A stretch of DNA of 64,000 nucleotides, taken from positions 821,589 to 885,588 of the forward strand of contig AP024675.1 of NCBI GenBank assembly GCA_025998875.1, read 5' to 3'. This DNA comes from Bacteroidota bacterium (lineage in GTDB: Bacteria; Bacteroidota; Rhodothermia; JANXDC01). Below the pieces are notes generated by a model. That model had not been told where the DNA came from. It worked only from the letters and a program-made list of their open reading frames with translations, and ran no database searches. Below, one piece after another: positions 19,137 to 27,447 of this stretch. Position numbers and translations under genes: made by a program. The stretch's first letter is position 1; every line of letters begins with the position of its first letter.

Positions 19137-19170
19137 CAAAAAGCCCCGCCCGCATGGCGGGGCTTTTTTT
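19137..19170. terminator. bidirectional intrinsic terminator between convergent cspA and ahcY
   Basis: Perfect 8-bp GC stem GCCCCGCC / GGCGGGGC (19143-19150 / 19156-19163) with a 5-nt loop, flanked by AAAAA on one side and TTTTTTT on the other. Confidence 0.75.
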
Positions 19171-19184
19171 GTTCTGTGCGCCGA

Positions 19185-20462
19185 TCAGGTGCCCGCTGAA
19201 TAATCGGTGCTGTAGGCCACCTGTTCCGGGGTGAGCGTATCGATCCGGATGCCCATGGTCTCCAGTTTGAGCCGGGCGATCTCCTGGTCCTGTTCCTCCG
19301 GGATCGTGTAGACCCGGTTTTCAAGCCGCTTGCCCTGACGGTGCAGCTCCACCAGATGCAAATGGGCCAGAAACTGGTTGGCGAAGCTCATATCCATCAC
19401 CTCCGAAGGATGCCCTTCGGCGGCAGCCAGATTGATCAGCCTCCCCTTGGCCAGGAGATATAGCCGGCGGCCGTCTCGGAGGAGGTATTCTTCAGTATGA
19501 GGTCGGATCTGGCGCTTCGAGACGGCCATCGCCTCCAGATCGGGCAGGTTGACTTCACAATCGTAGTGCCCCGTATTGCAGATAATGGCCCCATCTTTCA
19601 TGCGTTCGAAATGGCGGCCCACGATTACATCCTTCATTCCGGTGGCCGTGATAAAGACATCGCCTATTGAGGCGGCCTCATCCATGGGCATGACCTGAAA
19701 CCCATCCAGTACCGCCTTCAGGGCGGCTGTGGGCCGGACCTCGGTCACGATTACCTGCGCACCCATACCACGAGCCCTCATGGCCACACCCCGACCGCAA
19801 TGCCCGTATCCGGCCACAACGAAGCGCTTACCGGCCAGGAGAATACCCGTAGCGCGCAGGATGCCGTCTATGGAGCTCTGTCCGGTTCCGTATACGTTAT
19901 CAAAGTCCCACTTCGTCTCCGCATCATTGACGGCAATAATCGGATAGCGCAGCTTGCCATCCTCGGCCATGGCCCGCAGCCGCTTGACCCCGGTGGTCGT
20001 CTCCTCCGTACCCCCGATGATGGAATCGGCCAGTTCGGGATACCGGCTATGCACCGTGAAGATGAGATCCGCCCCGTCGTCAAGCGTCAGATGGGGTGCT
20101 ATGTGCAGGGTCTGTTCGATGCACCAGTAGAACTCCTCGACCGTCTGTCCGTGCCAGGCGAAGATCTTCACCCCCTCGACGGCCAGTGCGGCGGCCACCG
20201 CATCATTGGTCGAAAGCGGGTTGCATCCCGACCAGGCCACCTCGGCGCCGGCCGCACGCAGGGTTTCGATAAGCACGGCGGTCTCTTTGGTCACATGCAA
20301 ACAACCCGCGATCCGATAGCCTCTTAGGGGCTGGGACTCTCGATAGCGTTCCCGCAGGGCCATGAGCACGGGCATACGGCTTTCGGCCCAGGCGATCTCT
20401 TTGCGGCCTTGCTCGGCTAAAGCGAGGTTTCGGACCTTGTACTGTCCGGGTTGGTAGTCCAT
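19185..20462 (-). CDS. ahcY: adenosylhomocysteinase
   Basis: Full-length match to the SAH hydrolase family, including the NAD-binding glycine-rich loop in VVAGYGHCGRGVAMRARGMGAQVIVTE and the HxD catalytic region. Start taken at MDYQPGQY (ATG 20462). Confidence 0.95.
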   Translation of the reverse strand: MDYQPGQYKVRNLALAEQGRKEIAWAESRMPVLMALRERYRESQPLRGYRIAGCLHVTKETAVLIETLRAAGAEVAWSGCNPLSTNDAVAAALAVEGVKIFAWHGQTVEEFYWCIEQTLHIAPHLTLDDGADLIFTVHSRYPELADSIIGGTEETTTGVKRLRAMAEDGKLRYPIIAVNDAETKWDFDNVYGTGQSSIDGILRATGILLAGKRFVVAGYGHCGRGVAMRARGMGAQVIVTEVRPTAALKAVLDGFQVMPMDEAASIGDVFITATGMKDVIVGRHFERMKDGAIICNTGHYDCEVNLPDLEAMAVSKRQIRPHTEEYLLRDGRRLYLLAKGRLINLAAAEGHPSEVMDMSFANQFLAHLHLVELHRQGKRLENRVYTIPEEQDQEIARLKLETMGIRIDTLTPEQVAYSTDYSAGT

Positions 20463-20589
20463 AGACGCCTCCCATGTTACATGCTGGGCTCGAAGATACG
20501 GGCTGGCGAAACGAGAATAAAGGCCGAAACCCGCTACAGGCGGCAAACGTTTATCTTTGCGATCCCCCCAAGCTCAAGGAGGTGCTCCC

Positions 20590-21312
20590 ATGCCGAGTCG
20601 CCGTCGTTTTCTGCAGACCGCCGCCCTGGGTGCAGCCGCAGGTGCGCTGAGTCCGTCGGTGCTTTCGGCCCTGGACCGCTCCGAGGTGCCCAATCCCGAG
20701 CCCCAGTGGATAGCCAAAGATTATCGTCGCCTCAAACCCGCCGTCTTTCAGTGGCCTTCGGAGCGGGCCGTGGAAGAACACATGAGGCTTTACCGGGGAT
20801 ACGTCAACAAAGCCAACGAGCTGTGGCAGAAGATCGCCGAACTGGATCGCGATCCGGCCAAAGCCAACGCGACCTATAGCGACATCCGCGTTATGAAGGT
20901 AGAGCTCACCTTCGCCATCGGAGGGGTGAAAAACCACGAGGTCTACTTTGACATCCTCGGGGGCAACGGCGGCACGCCCACGGGTCGGCTCGCCGAGGCG
21001 ATTCAGAAAAACTTCGGCTCTTTCGAGGCCTGGGCCGCCGATCTGAAAGCCACGGGAATCGCCGCGCGCGGATGGGTCTGGCTGGCCTACGACTTCGAGA
21101 AGAAAACGCTCTTCAACTACATCGGCGACTCGCAGAACCTGTTCCCAATCTGGAACGCGAGTCCCATTCTGGCACTCGATATGTTCGAGCACGCCTTCTT
21201 CATGGACTACGGCGCCAACCGGGCCGCCTATATCGACGACTTTCTCAAACACATCGACTGGGCCGCAGTAAGCGCAAATTTCGAGCGCGTACTGCGGATG
21301 GCCAGCCTCTAA
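20590..21312 (+). CDS. Fe/Mn-family superoxide dismutase with twin-arginine (Tat) signal peptide
   Basis: MPSRRRFLQTAALGAAAGAL is a Tat-type leader. The mature part has Fe/Mn-SOD-like blocks (NHEVYF, LDMFEHAFFMDYG, WVWLAY). AAGGAGGTG SD lies upstream of ATG 20590. Confidence 0.8.
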   Translation: MPSRRRFLQTAALGAAAGALSPSVLSALDRSEVPNPEPQWIAKDYRRLKPAVFQWPSERAVEEHMRLYRGYVNKANELWQKIAELDRDPAKANATYSDIRVMKVELTFAIGGVKNHEVYFDILGGNGGTPTGRLAEAIQKNFGSFEAWAADLKATGIAARGWVWLAYDFEKKTLFNYIGDSQNLFPIWNASPILALDMFEHAFFMDYGANRAAYIDDFLKHIDWAAVSANFERVLRMASL

Positions 21313-21406
21313 ATGAGCCAAAGCGCCCGCTCCCCGGGTACCACAGATCGGCGCGGTACGGTTTTGGCTCTCCTCCTGCACCCAGAGGGACGAAGGGGCT
21401 GAAGAT

Positions 21407-22141
21407 ATGGCCGAGATCCATACGCAACCCAAAACTGCCCGATCTGTGGTGCCCCAAACCCTGCGGTTGTCGGTGGTTATCCCGGTCTACAACGAAAACG
21501 CCACCATCGAAGAAGTGCTCCGACGCGTCCTGGCCGTGCCAGTTGAAAAAGAGGTCATCATCGTCGATGACGGATCTACCGACGGCACACGGGCGATTCT
21601 GGAGCGCATGGCCCAGGAGCAGCCCATCCGACTTATCCTGCAACCGGAAAATCGGGGCAAGGGAGCGGCCATTCGAACGGGATTCGGGTTTGTCACCGGA
21701 GACGTGGTCATCATTCAGGATGCGGATCTGGAATACGATCCGGCTGAATATCCCAAGCTCCTGCAACCGATCCTTGAGGACCGAGCGGATGTGGTATACG
21801 GCTCCCGCTTCTATTACGGTCGGCCCGCCGGAGAGCCGTGGTGGCACTATCTGGGCAATCGCCTGCTGACCTGGATCTCCAATCGCCTAACGGGCCTGCG
21901 GCTGACGGACATGGAGACCTGCTACAAGGTCCTGCGGGTCGAGGTCCTGCGCACGCTTTCGATCGAATCGGATCGCTTCAATGTGGAGCCCGAGATCACG
22001 GCCAAGATCGCCCGCGGGGGATGGCGCATCGTGGAGGTTCCGATTCGCTACCGACCCCGATTCTACAGTTCGGGCAAAAAGATCGGGCTCCGCGACGCCT
22101 TTGAGGCCCTCTGGACGATGTTCAAGTACCGCTGGCTGTAA
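21407..22141 (+). CDS. family 2 glycosyltransferase (polyprenyl-phosphate sugar transferase-like)
   Basis: LSVVIPVYNENATIEEVL…VDDGSTDGT…IIQDADLEYDP are GT2/DPM1-like motifs (DxD). Confidence 0.85.
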   Translation: MAEIHTQPKTARSVVPQTLRLSVVIPVYNENATIEEVLRRVLAVPVEKEVIIVDDGSTDGTRAILERMAQEQPIRLILQPENRGKGAAIRTGFGFVTGDVVIIQDADLEYDPAEYPKLLQPILEDRADVVYGSRFYYGRPAGEPWWHYLGNRLLTWISNRLTGLRLTDMETCYKVLRVEVLRTLSIESDRFNVEPEITAKIARGGWRIVEVPIRYRPRFYSSGKKIGLRDAFEALWTMFKYRWL

Positions 22142-22147
22142 GTCGAA

Positions 22148-23566
22148 TCACCACCGGAGGCGATAGCCCACGTGTAGAAGCCCGCGTCCGGGGCGCTGGT
22201 CTGCGGGCGCGCCGTAGAGTATTTCCACCACGCCTGCCGCCGTCGGGTAGAGCATGCCCACGCCCCATGAAAGCAGGGCACGCGCCGGATCAGAAGAACC
22301 TTCTCGCATCAGGGTTCCCTGCACCAATCCCAGCACGTAGGCCTCCAACCCCATGCGCCGCTGCAGTTCCAGACGGGCCCACAGATACCGTTCAGCCCGA
22401 AAGGCTTCCTCTGGATATCCGGGCAGATCACGCCCTCCCAGAACGAGGCGCTCGGCCGGATGCAGTTCCGATCCCCAGACGCCGGCCGCAGAAACGGGAA
22501 GCCATAGGAACCAGGAGCCGGAGCGCAGCAGGGCAAACTGCGCATAGACTTCCAACTGCCTGCGCAACTGACCGAGTGCGTATCCGGGTTGCCGCCACCG
22601 GCCCACCAGCGCCCGAAGGCGCATATCCATACGCCCTTCCCCCCGCCAGGCCACCCATCCCCCTGCCCAGATCCCGCTTCGGCCCTGGACCCCCGAAGGG
22701 ATGCGCTCCAACAGATTGGCCCACCGAAAGCGGAAACCCGCCTCCGCCGAACCCTGTGCGTATCCCACCCCCCCATCGAGTACAAGCTGCCTCCAGGCGC
22801 TGTCCTGCTGAACCAGGTGCCCCTCCAGATGCAGGGCAAAGCCTGACCCGAACAGACGGGCTCTTTCATAACGGGCTTCAGATCGAAACCGCAATCCGGG
22901 CAAACGCTCAAGCCTCAGCTGCAGGCGCTGGGTTTGCTGTCCGGAAGGATCCAGCTCCAGCCGTAATTTCCCAAACCACCCGTGCACCGACCCCCAGCCC
23001 AAAAACCCTTCGGCGCTTCCGCGCGAGGGTGAGCGGGGCCGAATGCGGATCTGCAGGCCGTCGGGGGTGGAAATCAGGCGCACCCGGGGCTGGCCATCGT
23101 AGCCCCTGGCGCGCAGGAGCTCCAGAAGCCTTAGCCGCCAGGATCGCGTAAAAACCTGCCCGATCAGGGAATCGACCGCTCGCTGCAGCGCGGCACCCTG
23201 TTCGGAGGATACCCCTTCCCAGTGGATGCTCGAAACCCGCAGCGGCGGGCCCGGATCGACGAAAACCCGAATCCACAACGTCGAATCCGCCCGAACTATC
23301 CCCTCGGCGGTAAGCCGGGCCCGATATCCCATTTCCCCGTAGCGATGGAGCAGCCCTCGTAAGGCGGCCCGCCAGGGGCGCTCCTCATAGGGAAGGCCTA
23401 TTAGGGACCGAAAGGGCTCCAGACGCACCGACTCCGGTAGCGCCGCTATCTCCTCCCGCACCTCCACCCCCAGCACCCGGTAGCCGGACTGCGCCTGGAT
23501 CGCCGATGCATGGCCCCAGAGCAGAAGCTGGACCAGGAGCCAGCGGCCGATTATTTTTGAACGCAT
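22148..23566 (-). CDS. Omp85-family (BamA/TamA-like) outer-membrane protein (tentative)
   Basis: Signal peptide MRSKIIGRWLLVQLLLWGHASAIQAQ, POTRA-like N-terminal region, glycine/aromatic-rich barrel ending …HVGYRLRW. Start codon overlaps the mutY start on the other strand. Confidence 0.5.
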   Translation of the reverse strand: MRSKIIGRWLLVQLLLWGHASAIQAQSGYRVLGVEVREEIAALPESVRLEPFRSLIGLPYEERPWRAALRGLLHRYGEMGYRARLTAEGIVRADSTLWIRVFVDPGPPLRVSSIHWEGVSSEQGAALQRAVDSLIGQVFTRSWRLRLLELLRARGYDGQPRVRLISTPDGLQIRIRPRSPSRGSAEGFLGWGSVHGWFGKLRLELDPSGQQTQRLQLRLERLPGLRFRSEARYERARLFGSGFALHLEGHLVQQDSAWRQLVLDGGVGYAQGSAEAGFRFRWANLLERIPSGVQGRSGIWAGGWVAWRGEGRMDMRLRALVGRWRQPGYALGQLRRQLEVYAQFALLRSGSWFLWLPVSAAGVWGSELHPAERLVLGGRDLPGYPEEAFRAERYLWARLELQRRMGLEAYVLGLVQGTLMREGSSDPARALLSWGVGMLYPTAAGVVEILYGAPADQRPGRGLLHVGYRLRW

Positions 23567-24674
23567 GAGCCCGATTCCGGACACCCTTCGCCGCGCCGTT
23601 ACCGAAGACCTGCTGGCCTGGTTTGCCCGCCACCGACGCCCGCTACCCTGGAGGAGCGACAGGGATCCGTATCGCATCTGGATCAGCGAAACGCTTCTGC
23701 AGCAGACCCGCACCCAGCAGGCATGGCCGTATTTCGAACGTTTTCTGTCGCGATTCCCCACGCTGGAATCCCTGGCCCGGGCCGAGCTGGATGACGTGCT
23801 TAAAGCTTGGGAGGGCCTGGGCTACTACGCAAGGGCACGCCATCTGCACCGGGCGGCCCGGGAAATCCTTCTGCGCCATGGAGGGCGCATTCCGGACCGG
23901 TGGGAAGCGCTGCGTGCCCTGCCGGGCGTGGGCGACTACACCGCCGCGGCCGTGCTCAGCATTGCCTACGGGCAGGACTATGCGGCCGTGGATGGAAACG
24001 TAATGCGCGTGCTCAGCCGGGTTCTGGCCCTGCCCGATCCCATAGACCGGGCGAGCACCCGTCGCACCCTGCGGGCGCTGGCTCAGGAGCTGCTTCCCCG
24101 GGGACAGGCCGGGGAGTGGAACCAGGCCCTCATGGAGCTGGGGGCGCTCGTATGCCGACCCCGAAAGCCGCACTGCGCCTCCTGCCCCCTGCAGGCCGTC
24201 TGCCGCGCCCGGGCGACGGGGCGATCCGAAGCCTACCCGATTAAAGGCGCACGGCGTCCGGTGCCCCACTATACCGTCGTGGTCGGGCTTATCGAAGACG
24301 CTCAGGGACGTTGGCTGCTGGCCCGACGACCGGAAGGGAAAATGCTCGGCGGGCTGTGGGAACTGCCCGGCGGCAAAGTGCGATCCGGGGAAGAGTTAGC
24401 TGAGGCCCTCCGGCGGGAATTGCGCGAAGAGCTGGGCATCGAGGTCCGATTGGGTCCCCCCGTCGGGGTTGTAGAGCATACGTACAGCCATTTTCGGATC
24501 ACGCTGCACGGATTTCGATGCCATATCCAGCAGGGTACACCCGAGGGACGAGAAGGCCAGGATATCCGATGGGTAGCCCCCGAAGAGATTGGCCACTATG
24601 CCCTGGCGCGCGCCACACAAAAACTGCTCGCCCAACTTGCCCAGGCCCCACAGGGGGAACTCTTCTCCGGATGA
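23565..24674 (+). CDS. mutY: A/G-specific adenine DNA glycosylase
   Basis: HhH-GPD block LPGVGDYTAAAV; 4Fe-4S cysteines CRPRKPHCASCPLQAVC; C-terminal NUDIX-like domain. Confidence 0.9.
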   Translation: MSPIPDTLRRAVTEDLLAWFARHRRPLPWRSDRDPYRIWISETLLQQTRTQQAWPYFERFLSRFPTLESLARAELDDVLKAWEGLGYYARARHLHRAAREILLRHGGRIPDRWEALRALPGVGDYTAAAVLSIAYGQDYAAVDGNVMRVLSRVLALPDPIDRASTRRTLRALAQELLPRGQAGEWNQALMELGALVCRPRKPHCASCPLQAVCRARATGRSEAYPIKGARRPVPHYTVVVGLIEDAQGRWLLARRPEGKMLGGLWELPGGKVRSGEELAEALRRELREELGIEVRLGPPVGVVEHTYSHFRITLHGFRCHIQQGTPEGREGQDIRWVAPEEIGHYALARATQKLLAQLAQAPQGELFSG

Positions 24675-24715
24675 ACCGTTTCCAGAGCCCAAAACCCAGA
24701 ACCCGGGAAAACGCC

Positions 24716-25363
24716 ATGCCGCTTCTTCGACTCGTTCGCCCCGTTGTGCTGGCCTCCCAGTCTCCACGTCGGCGTCGGCTTCTGGAACAGGCGGGGCTTA
24801 CCTTCGAGGTGATCCCGAGCCAGATAGAGGAAATCGTCCCCGATGGCCTTCCCCCTGCGCAGCTGGTCGAGAACCTAGCAGAAGCCAAGGCCACAGCCGT
24901 TTCCTCCATCCGACCGGAGGCGTTCGTGATCGCCGCCGATACCACGGTGGTGCTCGACGGAGAGATCTTCAACAAACCGGCTTCTCCAGAAGAGGCGCGC
25001 CTCATGCTCCGCAGGCTTTCGGGCCGAACCCATACCGTCTATACAGGCTTCTGCCTGCTCGATGGTCCCACAAACCGACGCGTGATCGGACACGAAACCA
25101 CACGGGTAACTTTTGCGCCTTTGAGCGAACAGGAAATCGCCGCCTATCTCGCCACGGGATCACCCCTGGACAAGGCGGGCGCATACGGGATCCAGGATGA
25201 TCTCGGGGCGCTTTTTATCTGCCGCATCGAGGGGGATTACTACAACGTGGTCGGCTTTCCGCTCAGTCGCTTCTATCGGGAACTCAAGGAGCACTTCCCG
25301 GATCTGATCATATGGTCTGTTGCCCTCAATCCCACAGCGTACGGCGCCGAAGCCAGCCCGTAA
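24716..25363 (+). CDS. maf: Maf-family nucleoside triphosphate pyrophosphatase
   Basis: VLASQSPRRRRLLEQAGLTFEV…AADTTVVLDGEIFNKP…GAYGIQD are Maf signatures. Start at MPLLRLV (24716); MNRFQ at 24670 is an alternative. Confidence 0.8.
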   Translation: MPLLRLVRPVVLASQSPRRRRLLEQAGLTFEVIPSQIEEIVPDGLPPAQLVENLAEAKATAVSSIRPEAFVIAADTTVVLDGEIFNKPASPEEARLMLRRLSGRTHTVYTGFCLLDGPTNRRVIGHETTRVTFAPLSEQEIAAYLATGSPLDKAGAYGIQDDLGALFICRIEGDYYNVVGFPLSRFYRELKEHFPDLIIWSVALNPTAYGAEASP

Positions 25364-25973
25364 GGCTGTAGCGGACGCGACGGGCGACCTCCACCTCATG
25401 CCAGATCCGATCGCTCAGAAAACAGACGAACGTGCCCGCCTCGGGCAAAACCGCCTCGTATACATCCTCCCTGTTCGGGTCGGGCCACAGCAAAAGCCTG
25501 CCGCCGTCCTCTTGCTTCCAATCGGGGTTCAGGTAGAGCAGACAGGTCACCACCCGGTGCGGGGCATCCCGAAACTGGTCCAGATGACGCCGGTAGCCCG
25601 TTCCGGGAGGATAGATGGCCAGGTGCATTTCAACGCCGTGCAACCCCAGATAGAGCGTGCGGTTGAGTGCCCGTAGCAGCGCCTCTATGAAGGCCCAGTA
25701 GCGCGCCTGCGCCGGGGAAAGCGCCTCCGGATCCAGCCAGCGGATCCAGTCCCCCCGGATTTCTGGCCGCCGTTGTCGAGATCCGTGATGTCCGATATGG
25801 GCGGGCGCAAAAACACCCGCATTCCAACCCGCTTCGGCTTCGGCCAGAAGCCCCTGAACCTCCTCCTGTGGCCAGAAATTCGGCCATATACCGTATCCCC
25901 GCTCGGCCAGCGCGAGCGCGATCTGCTCCAGGGCGGATGGATCTATGCGCCCAAGCCGCATAGCGCCCTCCAT
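25326..25973 (-). CDS. 2OG-Fe(II) oxygenase superfamily protein (prolyl-4-hydroxylase-like)
   Basis: HLD…H iron-binding arrangement (YRRHLDQ … IWHEVEVARRVRYSLTGW) typical of the P4H-like 2OG oxygenase fold. Its 3' end overlaps the maf 3' end by 38 nt. Confidence 0.65.
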   Translation of the reverse strand: MEGAMRLGRIDPSALEQIALALAERGYGIWPNFWPQEEVQGLLAEAEAGWNAGVFAPAHIGHHGSRQRRPEIRGDWIRWLDPEALSPAQARYWAFIEALLRALNRTLYLGLHGVEMHLAIYPPGTGYRRHLDQFRDAPHRVVTCLLYLNPDWKQEDGGRLLLWPDPNREDVYEAVLPEAGTFVCFLSDRIWHEVEVARRVRYSLTGWLRRRTLWD

Positions 25974-26071
25974 ACCGGTTGAGCACACAGACGAACCCTG
26001 CAAAACAAAGTTAAGTATTCTTGCCCTACAGCCGCTCGGGGGAGCATTTTTGGAAAAAAGGGCGATCGCTC

Positions 26072-26500
26072 ATGCAACGGCCGCTCCGTATTCTGATCCT
26101 TTGCACGGGCAATTCCTGTCGCAGCCAGATGGCCGAGGGCTGGTTCCGGCATCTGGGCGGGGAAAGGATCGAGGTGCGGTCAGCCGGATTACAGGCTCAT
26201 GGGCTTAACCCATGGGCCGTACGCACGATGGCCGAGGCCGGAGTGGATATCTCCCATCAGCGCTCCAAGGAGCTCGATCCCGAAATGCTCCGGTGGGCCG
26301 ATTACGTGATCACGGTTTGCGGGCATGCCGATGAGCACTGTCCGGTTCTTCCTCCGGGGGTACGCAAACTGCACTGGCCCTTTGAAGATCCAGCTCGGGC
26401 TACGGGAACCGAAGAGGAAGTACTGGCGGTATTCCGGCGGGTACGAGAAGGCATTCGAGCTCGAGTAGCAGAATTTCTGCGCGCCGTATCGGCCCCATGA
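26072..26500 (+). CDS. low-molecular-weight phosphotyrosine phosphatase family protein / ArsC-type arsenate reductase
   Basis: [14 protein letters not shown]-loop (CX5R) plus conserved downstream Cys residues as in LMW-PTP-type ArsC. Confidence 0.8.
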   Translation: MQRPLRILILCTGNSCRSQMAEGWFRHLGGERIEVRSAGLQAHGLNPWAVRTMAEAGVDISHQRSKELDPEMLRWADYVITVCGHADEHCPVLPPGVRKLHWPFEDPARATGTEEEVLAVFRRVREGIRARVAEFLRAVSAP

Positions 26501-27447
26501 CGTATCCCCCTGTGCTGGTCCTTACCGGTCCCACGGCGGTGGGAAAAACCGCACTAAGCCTGCCGGTGGCAGAGCGCCTGGGAGGGGAGGTGATCTCCTG
26601 CGACGCCCGACAGATTTACCGGCAGCTCACCATCGGCACGGCCAAACCGGATCCGGCCGATCTGGCCCGGATACCCCATCACTTCATCGACGAACGAGAC
26701 CTGGAGGAGCCCTACAGCGCGGGGATGTATGAGCGCGAAGCCCTCAGACGCATCGCCGAGGTCTTTTCGCGGGGCCGGATCCCCATCGTCGTGGGCGGAT
26801 CCACCCTGTATCTGCACGCGCTGCTCCACGGTCTGGATCCCCTTCCGCCGGCGCAACCGGAGCTCCGCCGCTGGCTTACGGAACGGGCCCGGCGGGAGGG
26901 TTGGGCGGCCCTATACGCCGAACTGGAGCATCTCGACCCCCAAATGGCGCAGACCCTGGACCCCACGAAAACCCAGCGCCTGCTGCGCGCCCTGGAGGTC
27001 TATTACGCCACCGGAAAACCGATCTCCAGCTTCTTCGGTCAGCGGAAAACCCGTCCCTTCCGCTTTGCCCCGCTGGTGCTCATCCGGGACCGGAGACATC
27101 TGTACCGGCGCATCGATGATCGGGTGCTCTCTATGATCGAGCGCGGATTGGTCGAGGAGGTTCGCGCCCTCTGGGAACAGGGATATTCGCCGGAACTAAA
27201 CGCGCTGCGCACGACGGGCTATATGGAGCTTTTCCCCTATCTACGGGGGGAATATGATCTGGAGCGCGCCATCTATCTCATCCAACGCAACACGCGGCAC
27301 TACGCCAAACGGCAGCACACCTGGTTTCGTCGCGATCCGGCTCTGCGTACCTGGATTGATCTGGACCAGCTGGAGGGCTCGGGCCAAGACCCGGCCGACT
27401 GGGTCTGCCGCTGGTGGGAACAAGCGCTAGCCCACGCCGAATTATGA
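26497..27447 (+). CDS. miaA: tRNA dimethylallyltransferase
   Basis: [13 protein letters not shown]-loop and full-length collinearity with MiaA ([25 protein letters not shown]…[15 protein letters not shown]). Confidence 0.9.
   Translation: MTYPPVLVLTGPTAVGKTALSLPVAERLGGEVISCDARQIYRQLTIGTAKPDPADLARIPHHFIDERDLEEPYSAGMYEREALRRIAEVFSRGRIPIVVGGSTLYLHALLHGLDPLPPAQPELRRWLTERARREGWAALYAELEHLDPQMAQTLDPTKTQRLLRALEVYYATGKPISSFFGQRKTRPFRFAPLVLIRDRRHLYRRIDDRVLSMIERGLVEEVRALWEQGYSPELNALRTTGYMELFPYLRGEYDLERAIYLIQRNTRHYAKRQHTWFRRDPALRTWIDLDQLEGSGQDPADWVCRWWEQALAHAEL

Noticed and set aside
20463-20589. Possible SAH riboswitch in the ahcY 5' leader (ahcY is riboswitch-controlled in some Proteobacteria/Actinobacteria)
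   Set aside because: I transcribed the minus-strand leader (…CCGCCUGUAGCGGG… GGGAGG AUG). I could not see the conserved pseudoknotted SAH-element core, only a short CCGC-N5-GCGG hairpin. A covariance-model search (Rfam RF01057) would be needed to exclude it.
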